The notes beneath the pieces were generated by a model. It searched no databases. It worked only from the letters and a program-made list of their open reading frames with translations, and had not been told where the DNA came from. From IMG/VR virus record IMGVR_UViG_3300038318_000351: DNA of 64,000 bases. The stretch is one strand, 5' to 3'. Position 1 is the stretch's first letter; every line of letters starts with the position of its first letter. The DNA is from a virus. Positions 30,241 through 39,862 of this stretch are shown here, one piece after another. Made by a program: the position numbers and the translations under genes.

Positions 30241-30730
30241 GGACATTTGTATAGACGTACGGACATCACATGTCCGTATAAATAAATGCGCTTGTATAGA
30301 AGAAATTTAAAAAACAGATGGACGTATAAAAATTACTATTTTTGGAAACGTCCACGACGCAGACAAGATAAACGTTGAACGACAATGCTTTCAATTTTCG
30401 TGGACGTATGGACGTGGACTTTTAGAAAAAACACCCCTCCTTTTTAAAAAATTTATCTAATGATTATTGGTGTGTGCTTGGAAAAAGTTTTGTACTCCAA
30501 AGGAGGGTATTTGGGGTATAGCAAAGTCCGCTTTCTTTATTATATTATATTTATTATTTATATATATATAAATATAATATATATAGCAATGGTTTCGTCC
30601 ATTTTATCAAAATTACAATTTACATTTTTTTACACCAACGGGCAAAATGCCAGGACTTTTACCTGCTTTTTTATGGACTTTGCTATGGACTTTACCATAC
30701 TAGAAGTGGACATATCCACGTAAAATGGAC
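30241..30730. repeat. GGAC-core repeat array with a 50-bp pure A/T tract (origin-like)
   Basis: 15 GGAC/GTCC cores counted in about 490 bp, mostly TGGAC[G/T]; A/T-only 30536-30585. Confidence 0.6.
30260..30276. promoter_or_regulatory. Operator-like palindrome CGGACAT-cac-ATGTCCG
   Basis: Same 7-bp arms and 3-nt spacer as the copy at 30830-30846. Confidence 0.6.
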
Positions 30731-30756
30731 GTATGAAAACATTTTGCTTATTACCA

Positions 30757-30785
30757 TTGCTCCAAGGAAAATATGATGATATAAT
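30757..30785 (+). promoter_or_regulatory. sigmaA-type promoter
   Basis: TTGCTC-17 bp-TATAAT with TGn extension, upstream of the AGGAGG RBS of ORF 30815. Confidence 0.7.
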
Positions 30786-30814
30786 AAATTTACACTATAC
30801 AAGGAGGTTTTTGT

Positions 30815-31495
30815 ATGAAAGAGGTAAATCGGACATCTGATGTCCGCAATAAAAAAGTAAAAAAATCATTAACACCGGGACCTAAGATTGCCATGGATAA
30901 ATCAGGAAGATATCTATACACTGCAGAAGAGAATGATCATATACAAAAGCACAATAAGGATATTTCAGATGCTAATCAAAAATTATCCCGCATTAGTAAC
31001 CTCGCACACAATGCTGACAAGGGAGACACTGCTCCTAAACCAGCTGGATATCTTGGGAAGCTGGGTGGCAAGGGGATTATAGAAAAAGATGGCATGATAC
31101 TTCATAATAGAGCGAATTCAGATTATGATGAACTCTTTCATTACTTTTTAAAGAATGAGGCAGAAGATTACTTTAGAGAAATGGGATATAGCAAAGAGGA
31201 TGTTATACGCATCGGATATAAGAATTTTATCGATGCACATGACTGGAGTACTATAGAAGATATTAAGAAATGGAGAACCGATGCGGTGCATATTATACCG
31301 TGTGTACATTGTAAGAAGGAGTTTGCAACATATGAACTGGATTTTGGTTTGTGCAAAAAATGCACAAACCTCTATGATATGCAAAAATTTGCAAAAACGT
31401 GCGCTGCAAACGAAGCAAAAGATCCTGGAATATCCTACGGAATGAGAGCTGCGTTTGCCTTTCACAAATCTTTTAGGGAATGCTATTTAAAGTGA
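30815..31495 (+). CDS. Hypothetical protein with C-terminal Cys4 zinc finger
   Basis: Strong RBS; CVHC...CKKC. Confidence 0.7.
   Translation: MKEVNRTSDVRNKKVKKSLTPGPKIAMDKSGRYLYTAEENDHIQKHNKDISDANQKLSRISNLAHNADKGDTAPKPAGYLGKLGGKGIIEKDGMILHNRANSDYDELFHYFLKNEAEDYFREMGYSKEDVIRIGYKNFIDAHDWSTIEDIKKWRTDAVHIIPCVHCKKEFATYELDFGLCKKCTNLYDMQKFAKTCAANEAKDPGISYGMRAAFAFHKSFRECYLK
30830..30846. promoter_or_regulatory. Operator-like palindrome CGGACAT-ctg-ATGTCCG
   Basis: Second copy, 15 nt inside ORF 30815 and about 45 bp downstream of the -10 box. Confidence 0.55.
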
Positions 31496-31522
31496 GAATA
31501 TTTTATAAATGAAAAAGATATT

Positions 31523-31537
31523 GTATAAGTAATAAAA
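31523..31537 (+). promoter_or_regulatory. Repeated GTATAAG-WAATAAAA promoter-like motif
   Basis: Also at 55561, 56271, 58678 and (variant) 32323, each time upstream of a plus-strand gene. Confidence 0.55.
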
Positions 31538-31545
31538 TAAAGGGG

Positions 31546-31574
31546 AATACCGACAAAAAGTTTTTGTCGGTATT
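31546..31574. terminator. Hairpin with T-run
   Basis: AATACCGACAAAAA-G-TTTTTGTCGGTATT followed by TTTTT. Confidence 0.6.
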
Positions 31575-31605
31575 TTTTTCTTGCACGGAAAGGAGGTTAA
31601 TAACT

Positions 31606-32247
31606 ATGAGAACAATATACGGATTAAAAATGTTTACACTGGAAGACATTATTAACAACATCGGCGGCAGACCTGCGATATGTAATTTTCTAAAAGAGAA
31701 TTCGAATATCCTAGATAAATTTGATGACGATGAAATCATTGTCCTAGATACTGGGATACACGAAAATTTCCCAATCTATAACATGGCAAAGAGCATGAAA
31801 TTTGTTTTTGTCTCGATTGATTTACTCGAGGAAAGATTGATTTTAGATAACATGGTGACAAATGTTGAAGAAGTATCAAAGTTATTTGTTACTGCAAACC
31901 GAACTGAGAAAGTGGAGAGAATTGTAAATAAATACAACGACAGTTACGAAAGATACGCCGAATCAAATTCCGGCGAAGTTCTTATGAAAAAATCTTGCTT
32001 TATGTTCGTGTATGATAATGACGAACATAAGCTGATGGATGTTTTTACCGCAATCCCAGCAAACGTCGTGGCGCTGTTAACAGAACCAATCGAATATAAG
32101 TGCGATGTATGCGGTAAAATTGAAGAAGCAAACAATACTTCTTTTGATAATTTTATGCCGGATATGTATTACAAGGTAATTGATAACAAAATTGATTATC
32201 GGTGTCCCGCGCATAAGGAAGATGATTATTCTCATGTTGGTGAATAA
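31606..32247 (+). CDS. Hypothetical protein with C-terminal zinc-ribbon-like motif
   Basis: AGGAGG RBS before ATG 31606; CDVCG...CPAH. Confidence 0.7.
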   Translation: MRTIYGLKMFTLEDIINNIGGRPAICNFLKENSNILDKFDDDEIIVLDTGIHENFPIYNMAKSMKFVFVSIDLLEERLILDNMVTNVEEVSKLFVTANRTEKVERIVNKYNDSYERYAESNSGEVLMKKSCFMFVYDNDEHKLMDVFTAIPANVVALLTEPIEYKCDVCGKIEEANNTSFDNFMPDMYYKVIDNKIDYRCPAHKEDDYSHVGE

Positions 32248-32284
32248 AATCATTGACGGACAATGGATTTTTTAAAAATAGTCC

Positions 32285-32313
32285 TTGTCAAGATGAAAAA
32301 CTATTGGTAAAAT
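32285..32313 (+). promoter_or_regulatory. sigmaA-type promoter
   Basis: TTGTCA-17 bp-TAAAAT with TGn. Confidence 0.6.
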
Positions 32314-32407
32314 AGTTATGTGGTATAAGAAAGAAAACAACGGAAGCAATATATGACTTCTGTTGCAATTAAATTATTTTTATTATATTAAAGGAGGGCC
32401 AACAATT

Positions 32408-32764
32408 ATGGCAGCAATTTCATTTACACATTCAGAATTAAAGGACTGGCTTGCAGACAATTTTATAGTCGGGGAAGAGAAGAACCCGGAAGGCACAGTA
32501 TCCGAAGTGAAGCTTACAAAGAAGCAGGCGGATGATCTGGTTAAAATGATTTTCGGCAAAATCACAGAGGAGGTTGTCGCTGGCAAGGACGTTAAGATGC
32601 TCGGTCTCGGAACTGTAAAAAGAGTTTTAAGACAAGAAAGAACCGGCAGAAATCCACAGACCAACGAAAATATTGTTATTCCAGCACACTATGCTATTAA
32701 GTTAGATGCTGAAAAATCTATCAAAGATACTCTGAAGAATATTCCGGTTGATGTTGCAAAATAA
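32408..32764 (+). CDS. hup: HU-family DNA-binding protein
   Basis: VKMLGLGTVKRVLRQERTGRNPQTNENIVIPA signature; GGAGGG RBS before ATG 32408. Confidence 0.9.
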   Translation: MAAISFTHSELKDWLADNFIVGEEKNPEGTVSEVKLTKKQADDLVKMIFGKITEEVVAGKDVKMLGLGTVKRVLRQERTGRNPQTNENIVIPAHYAIKLDAEKSIKDTLKNIPVDVAK

Positions 32765-32842
32765 TAGAAAACTACTTATTACGGAGTAAACAAAGTAAAC
32801 AGAGTGAGCAAAGTAAAAAAATAAAAAGGGGGCCAATAAATT

Positions 32843-33673
32843 ATGGCAGGAAAAGAAGAAAAGAAAGACGCATTAGTAGTAGATCAAAATTTTGATCTGG
32901 ATTTATTTACTGATTTTGCTTCAGAAAACGGAGTTACTGGTTTGGAAGCACTAGACCAAACTGATTTAAAACTTCCTAAGGTGAAGATTGTTCAGATGAC
33001 TTCGGAAGAGTTTACAAAGGACGGAGTTAAACCGGGTTCCTTCTATAATTCAGTGACAAAGGAGTCGCATGATGAGTTAAATTGTATTCTACTTGCCCTT
33101 GGTAAAAGCAGAGTAATGTGGCCGCCGCAGTTTAAACGTGGTGACAAACCTCTCTGCAGAAGTTTTAATGGTAAGAAGAAGACAGAAGGGTGCGGTGACG
33201 GAGTTTGTGAAAGTTGCCAGTATGCACAATGGGGAGCAAACGGGGAGAAAGCAGATTGCACCATGGGATATGTATGGCTTATGCTTGATGATGAAAACCG
33301 TCCATGCCGTTTTTCTGCACAGGGCGCATCTGTCTCTCCGACCAAAGATTTTATTAATTCGGTTGCCCCGAAATTAAAGAGAGGCGGAAAGCAACTCGGT
33401 ATCTTTGTATTCAAGGTAAAACTTTCTACAGAGAAACAAATGAACGACAAAGGAACATATTTTACCGTGAAGTATGATATTGTAGGTACAATTAATCCGG
33501 AAGATTATACTGATTTAGAGAACATGAGTGATTCTCTTCGAGATCTCTTCTTGAAGGCAATTGACAAGGATACTCAGGTTGTTGATTCGGAATCTTATAA
33601 TGAGCCGGAGAATGATGGTGCACCAGCTGACAACGAAACAGCTCCAAAGAGTTCGAATAACGTATTATTCTAA
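32843..33673 (+). CDS. Single-stranded DNA-binding protein-like
   Basis: LKLPKVKIVQ...GSFYNS N-terminus, Cys cluster, acidic tail ending in hydrophobic VLF. Confidence 0.6.
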   Translation: MAGKEEKKDALVVDQNFDLDLFTDFASENGVTGLEALDQTDLKLPKVKIVQMTSEEFTKDGVKPGSFYNSVTKESHDELNCILLALGKSRVMWPPQFKRGDKPLCRSFNGKKKTEGCGDGVCESCQYAQWGANGEKADCTMGYVWLMLDDENRPCRFSAQGASVSPTKDFINSVAPKLKRGGKQLGIFVFKVKLSTEKQMNDKGTYFTVKYDIVGTINPEDYTDLENMSDSLRDLFLKAIDKDTQVVDSESYNEPENDGAPADNETAPKSSNNVLF

Positions 33674-33748
33674 TTTATAATTAATAACTTGTACTCTGTG
33701 GCCGTAAGGCTGCGGGTACAAGTTATTAATATTATTGGAGGTAGATCT

Positions 33749-34444
33749 ATGTCGGCTAAAATAGTTTTTTTAGAAGGTCCTAATTATTGTGGAAAGTCCA
33801 CAATAATTAAAGCATTGACGGAAATTTTGTCTAACGAAGGTAAAAAAGTTTATGGTACTTGCGAACCTGGTGGAAATTTGTTCGAAGACGGGATTAGGAG
33901 ACTGCTGCTTGATAAAGAATTAAACGACAAATGCGAAATGGATTATACCTGTAGGCGATTTTTATACGCGGCAGCACACGCGCAGAAATTAAAGGAATTA
34001 AAAGAAAAAATCCCAGAATATGATTACATTATTGTGGATCGCTATAACCCAGTATCAGATTTAGTATATGGAATGATGAGTAAAAGCAAGGAAGAAAAAG
34101 GGCCGTACAAAAAATACCTTATTTCACAAAATATCTTTTCTAGCTTCGATCATAGTTTTCTGAAGGATAACGCAACACTGATATTTCTGGAAATTTCTTT
34201 AGAGACGCTAAATGATAGAATTAAAGCCAGAAATACTACCGAAAATAAAATCTATGATTATGAAGATTTGGATTTTAAAATTGGAATACGTGATAATTAT
34301 TACTATCTTGCGCATAGCTTAAAAAATAACCGTACTAACATTTATAAAGATTTTGTTCCTTTTAACGACGTGCACATTGTAAACGCAAATCGAAGTGCTA
34401 ACGAAGTAGCGAGAGATGTTATAAGATTATTAGCTTCCAAATAG
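33749..34444 (+). CDS. tmk: Thymidylate kinase
   Basis: VFLEGPNYCGKST P-loop, CEPGG, IIVDRY; GGAGG RBS before ATG 33749. Confidence 0.85.
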   Translation: MSAKIVFLEGPNYCGKSTIIKALTEILSNEGKKVYGTCEPGGNLFEDGIRRLLLDKELNDKCEMDYTCRRFLYAAAHAQKLKELKEKIPEYDYIIVDRYNPVSDLVYGMMSKSKEEKGPYKKYLISQNIFSSFDHSFLKDNATLIFLEISLETLNDRIKARNTTENKIYDYEDLDFKIGIRDNYYYLAHSLKNNRTNIYKDFVPFNDVHIVNANRSANEVARDVIRLLASK

Positions 34445-34456
34445 AGAAAGGTAAGT

Positions 34457-35314
34457 GTGGGGGTTAAATTGGCCAATAGAGAATGGAAAGAAGAAGAGAT
34501 TCAGTTTCTAAAAGATAAATGGGGAGAAATGAGCATCGTGCGCATTGCAAAAAAACTTAACCGTAGTGTTGATGCGGTTAAGGTAAAAGCGTCGCGAATA
34601 GGGCTGACGAGCGCACTGAATTACATTGATGGGATTACCTTAAACCAATTAGCAAGGATATTTGATGTGAGCTATGGATGGACGATTAAAAGGATATGGA
34701 TTGATCGTCTTAATATTCCTTACAAAACAAAAATAACTGCTAGAACACAGGCTTATCGGTATATCTGCATTGATGATTTTTGGAAGTGGGCAGCAAAAAA
34801 TAAACACCGAATCAATTTTGGAAAATTGGAAAAAAACATATTGGGAAAAGAACCTGACTGGGTGGATGAAAAAAGAAAAGCCGACCAGCAGAATTTAACA
34901 TACAAAAAAACCAATATTCCGTGGTCCAAATATGAAGAGGGGTTACTTAAAACAATGCTCATTAGGTATAAATATACCTATCCTCAAATATCTAAACGCC
35001 TAGGAAGAACGGAAGGCGCTATAAAGAAACACATTGAAGATCTTGGTTGGCCAGAACGCCCCATAAAGACAGAACACAATACAAAGTGGTCAGAAAAAGA
35101 CATAGGAATTATGATTAAGATGAAAAATCTGGGCTACGGAAATAACTCCGTAGGAGACGAAATTGGGAGAACCGCAAGAGCCGTAGAAAGGAAATTAGAC
35201 TGTGTCGCCAGGGATCCAAAATATAAGTACAAACTTGCACCGCATTTAAGAAAAGAAAAATCACTTATGTTTTTGAAAATCCAAGATATCAGTTTATTCT
35301 TGCGGGACATCTAA
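34457..35314 (+). CDS. Multi-HTH (Myb-like repeat) DNA-binding protein
   Basis: Repeats WKEEE..FL...IAKKLNRS..AV, WSKYEE..L...ISKRLGRT..AI, WSEKDI...VG.EIGRT..AV. Confidence 0.75.
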   Translation: MGVKLANREWKEEEIQFLKDKWGEMSIVRIAKKLNRSVDAVKVKASRIGLTSALNYIDGITLNQLARIFDVSYGWTIKRIWIDRLNIPYKTKITARTQAYRYICIDDFWKWAAKNKHRINFGKLEKNILGKEPDWVDEKRKADQQNLTYKKTNIPWSKYEEGLLKTMLIRYKYTYPQISKRLGRTEGAIKKHIEDLGWPERPIKTEHNTKWSEKDIGIMIKMKNLGYGNNSVGDEIGRTARAVERKLDCVARDPKYKYKLAPHLRKEKSLMFLKIQDISLFLRDI

Positions 35315-35328
35315 AAAGGAGAGAAAAC

Positions 35329-36378
35329 ATGAAAGTAGAGAATAATGGAATAGACATGCAGATAGAAAATAGAGGGATAGGTTATTTGTCTCATCCGATA
35401 ACGACATATGGTTCTGTGGAAGATAACGTTGCAAGTTCTGTAAAAATACAGAATATTTTAATTCAAGAATATGGTCTTAGCATATTAAATCCGGCAACCT
35501 CAGTTAATAAACTTCTTTCCTGGGCAGACGCTATGGAAAAGTGTAGAACGCTATATAAGGCTTGTGATGTTTTAATTTTGTGTCCTAATTGGCATTTATC
35601 AAAAGGTTGCCAAAGAGAAGCAAAATGGGCTTTGTGTGATAAAAAACCAATCTATTATTTTTCTTACATAGATGGCGCTAATAGTAGTTTGGATATAGCT
35701 GACAAAGAAGATGTGAAGAAACTACTGAACGTAGAAGTTATATATACAGGAGATCAATTCATAATCCAACAAGATAAAAATAATGTTTATATTGATTACT
35801 TCGGCGACCAGTATATCCTTTCAAAGAATGTGAAGCGTGTTATGTCATCAAAAGCGGAGGATAATGTAAGACCGGAAGATTATGTAATAGTTATCGGGGC
35901 GAGGATAAATCTTTGGGAAATGCTTCCAGAGAAGTTCCACAATCTTCTTACTCAAAATAAAAAGTACAGTTTCTTTTTATGTAAGCAGAGTCAACTATGC
36001 ATAAAATCAGAGGACGAGAGTATCTATATGAACAAATATAATGCCTATACGTTAATGCAGATACTTCTATATAAAACTGGAACTTCTGACAGTCATAAAA
36101 ATTTATTTTGGCAACAATATTGCCGTGTTACTACTTTTAACGGGGGGGATATTGTAAAGATATCTTATTACGTAGAACCCGATGGTAAAGCTGTTAACTT
36201 CAATTACCCGCTATTCGAACATACGAATTACGACATTGATATTACTTATAACGAACTTAACAAATCGGTCAAAATTGCAAAAGAAAAACATGAATTTAGC
36301 TTAACTCCACTAGAAACACATTATTTACAACGTTTGCTTTTAAATAATGTTGAATTGTTGGAGGCTGCAGCTATTTAA
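35329..36378 (+). CDS. DUF4406/nucleoside 2-deoxyribosyltransferase-like N-terminal domain protein
   Basis: YLSHPIT...LNPA...CDVLILCPNWHLSKGCQRE. Confidence 0.6.
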   Translation: MKVENNGIDMQIENRGIGYLSHPITTYGSVEDNVASSVKIQNILIQEYGLSILNPATSVNKLLSWADAMEKCRTLYKACDVLILCPNWHLSKGCQREAKWALCDKKPIYYFSYIDGANSSLDIADKEDVKKLLNVEVIYTGDQFIIQQDKNNVYIDYFGDQYILSKNVKRVMSSKAEDNVRPEDYVIVIGARINLWEMLPEKFHNLLTQNKKYSFFLCKQSQLCIKSEDESIYMNKYNAYTLMQILLYKTGTSDSHKNLFWQQYCRVTTFNGGDIVKISYYVEPDGKAVNFNYPLFEHTNYDIDITYNELNKSVKIAKEKHEFSLTPLETHYLQRLLLNNVELLEAAAI

Positions 36379-36386
36379 AACAGATA

Positions 36387-36436
36387 AATGATGCAAATAG
36401 GTGACCAGAATACGCTGGTCACCTATTTGCATCATT
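36387..36436. terminator. 22-bp hairpin after ORF 35329-36378
   Basis: AATGATGCAAATAGGTGACCAG / CTGGTCACCTATTTGCATCATT. Confidence 0.6.
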
Positions 36437-36666
36437 GTCAGTTGTCTATATATAAAAAGGAGAAGCACCGAAATGTCCTCGGTTCTTGATTTAATAATAA
36501 GATAAAAGAAGAAATTATTTCAATATAAATAGCAACATAAGATCCTACTATAATTTCGCATCTAAAGAGTAATGGGATCTTATAACTCACAAGGTTATAC
36601 GAAGATATTGGGACTAATTAGTGGATTTATGTAATGTGGAAAGGCTAACAGAGCTAAGTCCCAAAT

Positions 36667-37368
36667 ATGATTAGTGAAGGGAACGTGTGTAATATGATTG
36701 TAATGGCATTTGACTTATCTTCTGTTTGTATTGGTATTACCACGGCGGAAATGGATTTGTACGGTAATATAAAAGTGATGAGATCATGTCCTATTATCCC
36801 AAAAGAGTTTAATCCTGAAACATTGGGATATATGAAATCGAAGAAAAAACTCCCTACAAGAAACGGGGAGTTAATAAATACATATTGGCGCAGAGGAGAA
36901 ACTTCTATATCAAAAGTAGAAAAGAAGCGACGCGACAACGAGGTCAGAGCACAAAAGGATATCCGGATGTTGCAAGAGATATCTAAATCGATGAACGATT
37001 TAGTAACTGCGATTAAACCTGATCGAATTGTCGCAGAGAAAAACGAGATTTTTAATGGAATCCTGACTTCTGTATTACTGGGAAAGGTCATGGGTACCCT
37101 TGTTAGCATTACCGGCATAAACGGAATAGTTTTTGAAGAGATTAAAGTTACAGAGGCTCGCAGCATTTTTGATATTCCGAAAATACTAAATCAATTTCGT
37201 AGCGGACATACGGACAAAGAGCTGATGATAGTACCAGACGTAACGAAAAGGGCTCTCCGAGAAGAAATGGAAAGACTCTATAGTCAATACGGAATACGAT
37301 TTCAAACAGATGACGAAAGCGATTCCTGTGTGGTATTTCACTATTGGTACAACAAAAGGTATATGTAG
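36667..37368 (+). CDS. ruvC: RuvC-like Holliday junction resolvase
   Basis: MAFDLSSVCIG (D), IVAEKN (E), DDESDS (D..D) RNase H-fold acidic residues; true start may be a few codons downstream. Confidence 0.65.
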   Translation: MISEGNVCNMIVMAFDLSSVCIGITTAEMDLYGNIKVMRSCPIIPKEFNPETLGYMKSKKKLPTRNGELINTYWRRGETSISKVEKKRRDNEVRAQKDIRMLQEISKSMNDLVTAIKPDRIVAEKNEIFNGILTSVLLGKVMGTLVSITGINGIVFEEIKVTEARSIFDIPKILNQFRSGHTDKELMIVPDVTKRALREEMERLYSQYGIRFQTDDESDSCVVFHYWYNKRYM

Positions 37369-37384
37369 AAAGGGGATATTAAAA

Positions 37385-39520
37385 TTGGACAAGAAAGAAA
37401 TTGATGACGTATTTGATGCTTTACAAAATCCAATGGAACAAATTGTAAAAGACATTGATCTGTTATTTTCCGAAAATGGAATTATCAAAAGGCATAAGCA
37501 GGATTATTCACCAAGAGAGAGTCAAATCGAAGCTTCGAAGAAAATTATGGAAACACTGGTACAACGTGGTCATGCTATATTGGAAGGACCTTGTGGGTTC
37601 GGAAAAACATTTGCATATCTAGTTCCGGTTTTTATGGATATTATTCATTCTGCCGGCAGACCAAGAACGATCATTGTTACCAGTGGAATCAGTTTACAAG
37701 AACAACTGTTTTATAAGGATATCCCTTTTATTGAAAAGCTGTTTTACGAAATGTATAGTAAGCATGTGAACTTTGCCATGTTAAAGGGGAAAGGTAATTT
37801 TATTTGCAAAAATAAGATGTCAGATTTGTTTATGACAAGAGAATTTAGTGGCTCTGCAACAAGCAAAATTCTACAAATGTATAGTAATGATCAGATTAAG
37901 GATGGTGACATTTCTAATCTTGATTTTGTACCGGACTATGCTACTTCGACCGATGTTTCATGCATTAGCGAGGGAGAGTGCCTAGGATCATCGTGCGGCT
38001 TTTATGATGAGTGTTATTATCAACACGCAAAGGAAAAAGCTGCAGCATCTCAAATCGTTGTTACGAATTATCATATGCTGTTTAGTGATTTAAAAACCGA
38101 GGGTAAAATTTTAGGTGAGTACGATAATCTAATATTTGATGAAGCGCACGAAATTCCGAATATTTATCGTGATTTCCTCGAAGAAAAGATATCACTGGGT
38201 ACAATTACCTATATAAAAAATAAGATAGTAGAAGCGGGCAACAAAGACAAAAAAATCAAGGAGACTATTATATCAGGAATTAATTTTGACTGGGTATTAA
38301 GTACATCCGAAGAGTTTTTCTCCAAGGTAAAGCGGTCGCTCTTTATAAACCCGGAAAAAGATGATATAAAAATTCTTGATAGCACAATGCCCCTGTGTTT
38401 ATATCCAAAAGAACAGAAAAATTTTATAACTATGCTTGATTACCTAAACTCTAGTGCAACCAGAATTGTTGACTATTGTGATGATCAAATAGAAGCACTG
38501 AAGGAAACGTATGACGAAAGTGCTATGCCCGCAGAAGAAGTCGAAGAATGCAACCGCTATATTGGGATCTATAACAAGTTTACTGTTTTGTTAGAAAAAA
38601 TTATTAGCACAAAAACGTTGATCGAAGATTATAAGAATATTGTAAGCGACGATCATTGTGTTTACTGGGTAGAAAATAAAGAAGGGAAGATCTCAATAAA
38701 AACAAAACCCATTTCCGTGGCAGAAGAATTGTATAATAATTTCTTTGATAAGTCTGACTTGTCATGCATTATTACCTCGGCAACATTAAGTGTAAATGGT
38801 AACTTTGAATACATTAAGGATCAGCTAGGACTTAATTTATTGACTAAAGATAGTAACAAGAAGTTCACTGAATTTATTGGTAAATCACCTTTTGATTTAA
38901 AGAAACAGGAACTTTGGTATCTTCCGGAAAACTCCGTTGATGGAGACAGCAGAAATTCAAAAACTTTCCGTGAATTACTTCCAAAACAAATAACGGAGAT
39001 ATTAAAGGCTACGAACGGAGGCGCGTTATGTCTGTTTACTTCGTATTCGAATCTAAACTACGCACACAGTGCTGTTAGGGTTTCTCTGCCAGGAATGAAA
39101 ATATTTAAACAAGGTGATTTACCTAGAAATAATTTATTGGAGGCTTTTAAAAATAATAAAGATTCTGTACTCTTTGCTACAAGGTCTTTTTTTACGGGTG
39201 TAGATATTCCAGGAGACAGCTTGAGATGTTTGATCATTGATAAATTCCCTTTCCCCTCTCCCGGAGAACCTGTTATGATGAAAATACAAAAAATATTAGG
39301 GAGTAAGACATTTAACAAAGTTTATATTCCAGAAATGGTAATTACATTAAAACAAGCTGTTGGCAGAGGCGTGCGAACAGTTGATGATAAATGTGTCATT
39401 GTCGTATTAGACGGAAGAATGTCAACAGCAAGATACAAAGGACAAATATTTAACAGTTTTCCTTATGAAAAGACAGGTACCAGAGATATTAAAGAAGTAG
39501 AAAAATTCTTAATAAAATAA
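37385..39520 (+). CDS. dinG: DinG/YoaA-family Fe-S DNA helicase
   Basis: Q motif PRESQ, EGPCGFGKT, KGKGNFIC, four Fe-S Cys, VVTNY, DEAH, TSATL, LFTSY, KLPF-like KFPF, QAVGRGVR; TTG at 37385 after AGGGG. Confidence 0.9.
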   Translation: MDKKEIDDVFDALQNPMEQIVKDIDLLFSENGIIKRHKQDYSPRESQIEASKKIMETLVQRGHAILEGPCGFGKTFAYLVPVFMDIIHSAGRPRTIIVTSGISLQEQLFYKDIPFIEKLFYEMYSKHVNFAMLKGKGNFICKNKMSDLFMTREFSGSATSKILQMYSNDQIKDGDISNLDFVPDYATSTDVSCISEGECLGSSCGFYDECYYQHAKEKAAASQIVVTNYHMLFSDLKTEGKILGEYDNLIFDEAHEIPNIYRDFLEEKISLGTITYIKNKIVEAGNKDKKIKETIISGINFDWVLSTSEEFFSKVKRSLFINPEKDDIKILDSTMPLCLYPKEQKNFITMLDYLNSSATRIVDYCDDQIEALKETYDESAMPAEEVEECNRYIGIYNKFTVLLEKIISTKTLIEDYKNIVSDDHCVYWVENKEGKISIKTKPISVAEELYNNFFDKSDLSCIITSATLSVNGNFEYIKDQLGLNLLTKDSNKKFTEFIGKSPFDLKKQELWYLPENSVDGDSRNSKTFRELLPKQITEILKATNGGALCLFTSYSNLNYAHSAVRVSLPGMKIFKQGDLPRNNLLEAFKNNKDSVLFATRSFFTGVDIPGDSLRCLIIDKFPFPSPGEPVMMKIQKILGSKTFNKVYIPEMVITLKQAVGRGVRTVDDKCVIVVLDGRMSTARYKGQIFNSFPYEKTGTRDIKEVEKFLIK

Positions 39521-39549
39521 AAATACCACCGGGTTTCCCGGTGGTATTT
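39521..39549. terminator. Bidirectional terminator between convergent genes
   Basis: AAATACCACCGGG-TTT-CCCGGTGGTATTT. Confidence 0.8.
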
Positions 39550-39862
39550 ACTTTTGTCTTATATTTTTTATTCTATTTGAAAACTCCCTATTAAATGACA
39601 TCTTGGGCAGCGTTCGACTTGGCCTTACTACGTTTCGCTGTAACTGGAAATCCCATGCGGGTTTCTTGGCTACTCGTTCCACTCTCATTGTACCGAGGTA
39701 CTGAATACCAACATTGTGCCCGGAGCACATTTGTTCCATAATCGTATCAATATAGCAGTTGATATGCTTTTGTACCTCTTCTTCACTACCGCCTGTTTTA
39801 TTGCATACCATTTTAATGATCTGCTTGTGACTAATTTTTTTTACCGCGCTCTTACTTTCCAT
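39548..39862 (-). CDS. Divergent HU/IHF-like protein
   Basis: HKQIIKMV...VGIQYLGTMRV..VAKKPAWDFQ....RPSRTLPKMSF fits the HU fold. Confidence 0.7.
   Translation of the reverse strand: MESKSAVKKISHKQIIKMVCNKTGGSEEEVQKHINCYIDTIMEQMCSGHNVGIQYLGTMRVERVAKKPAWDFQLQRNVVRPSRTLPKMSFNREFSNRIKNIRQK

Noticed and set aside
30460-30723. 87-aa plus-strand ORF in the ORF track
   Set aside because: Crosses the pure A/T tract and GGAC repeats, low-complexity Ile/Tyr/Phe sequence, no RBS.
30241-30730. CRISPR array
   Set aside because: Repeats are only 4-8 bp, irregularly spaced and in both orientations; no cas genes in the window.
33689-33748. Upstream in-frame starts listed for several genes (33689, 32363, 31564, 37310, 53288, 56669, 61799)
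   Set aside because: Downstream starts have clear Shine-Dalgarno sequences at proper spacing, and the extensions cross hairpins, spacers or neighbouring genes.
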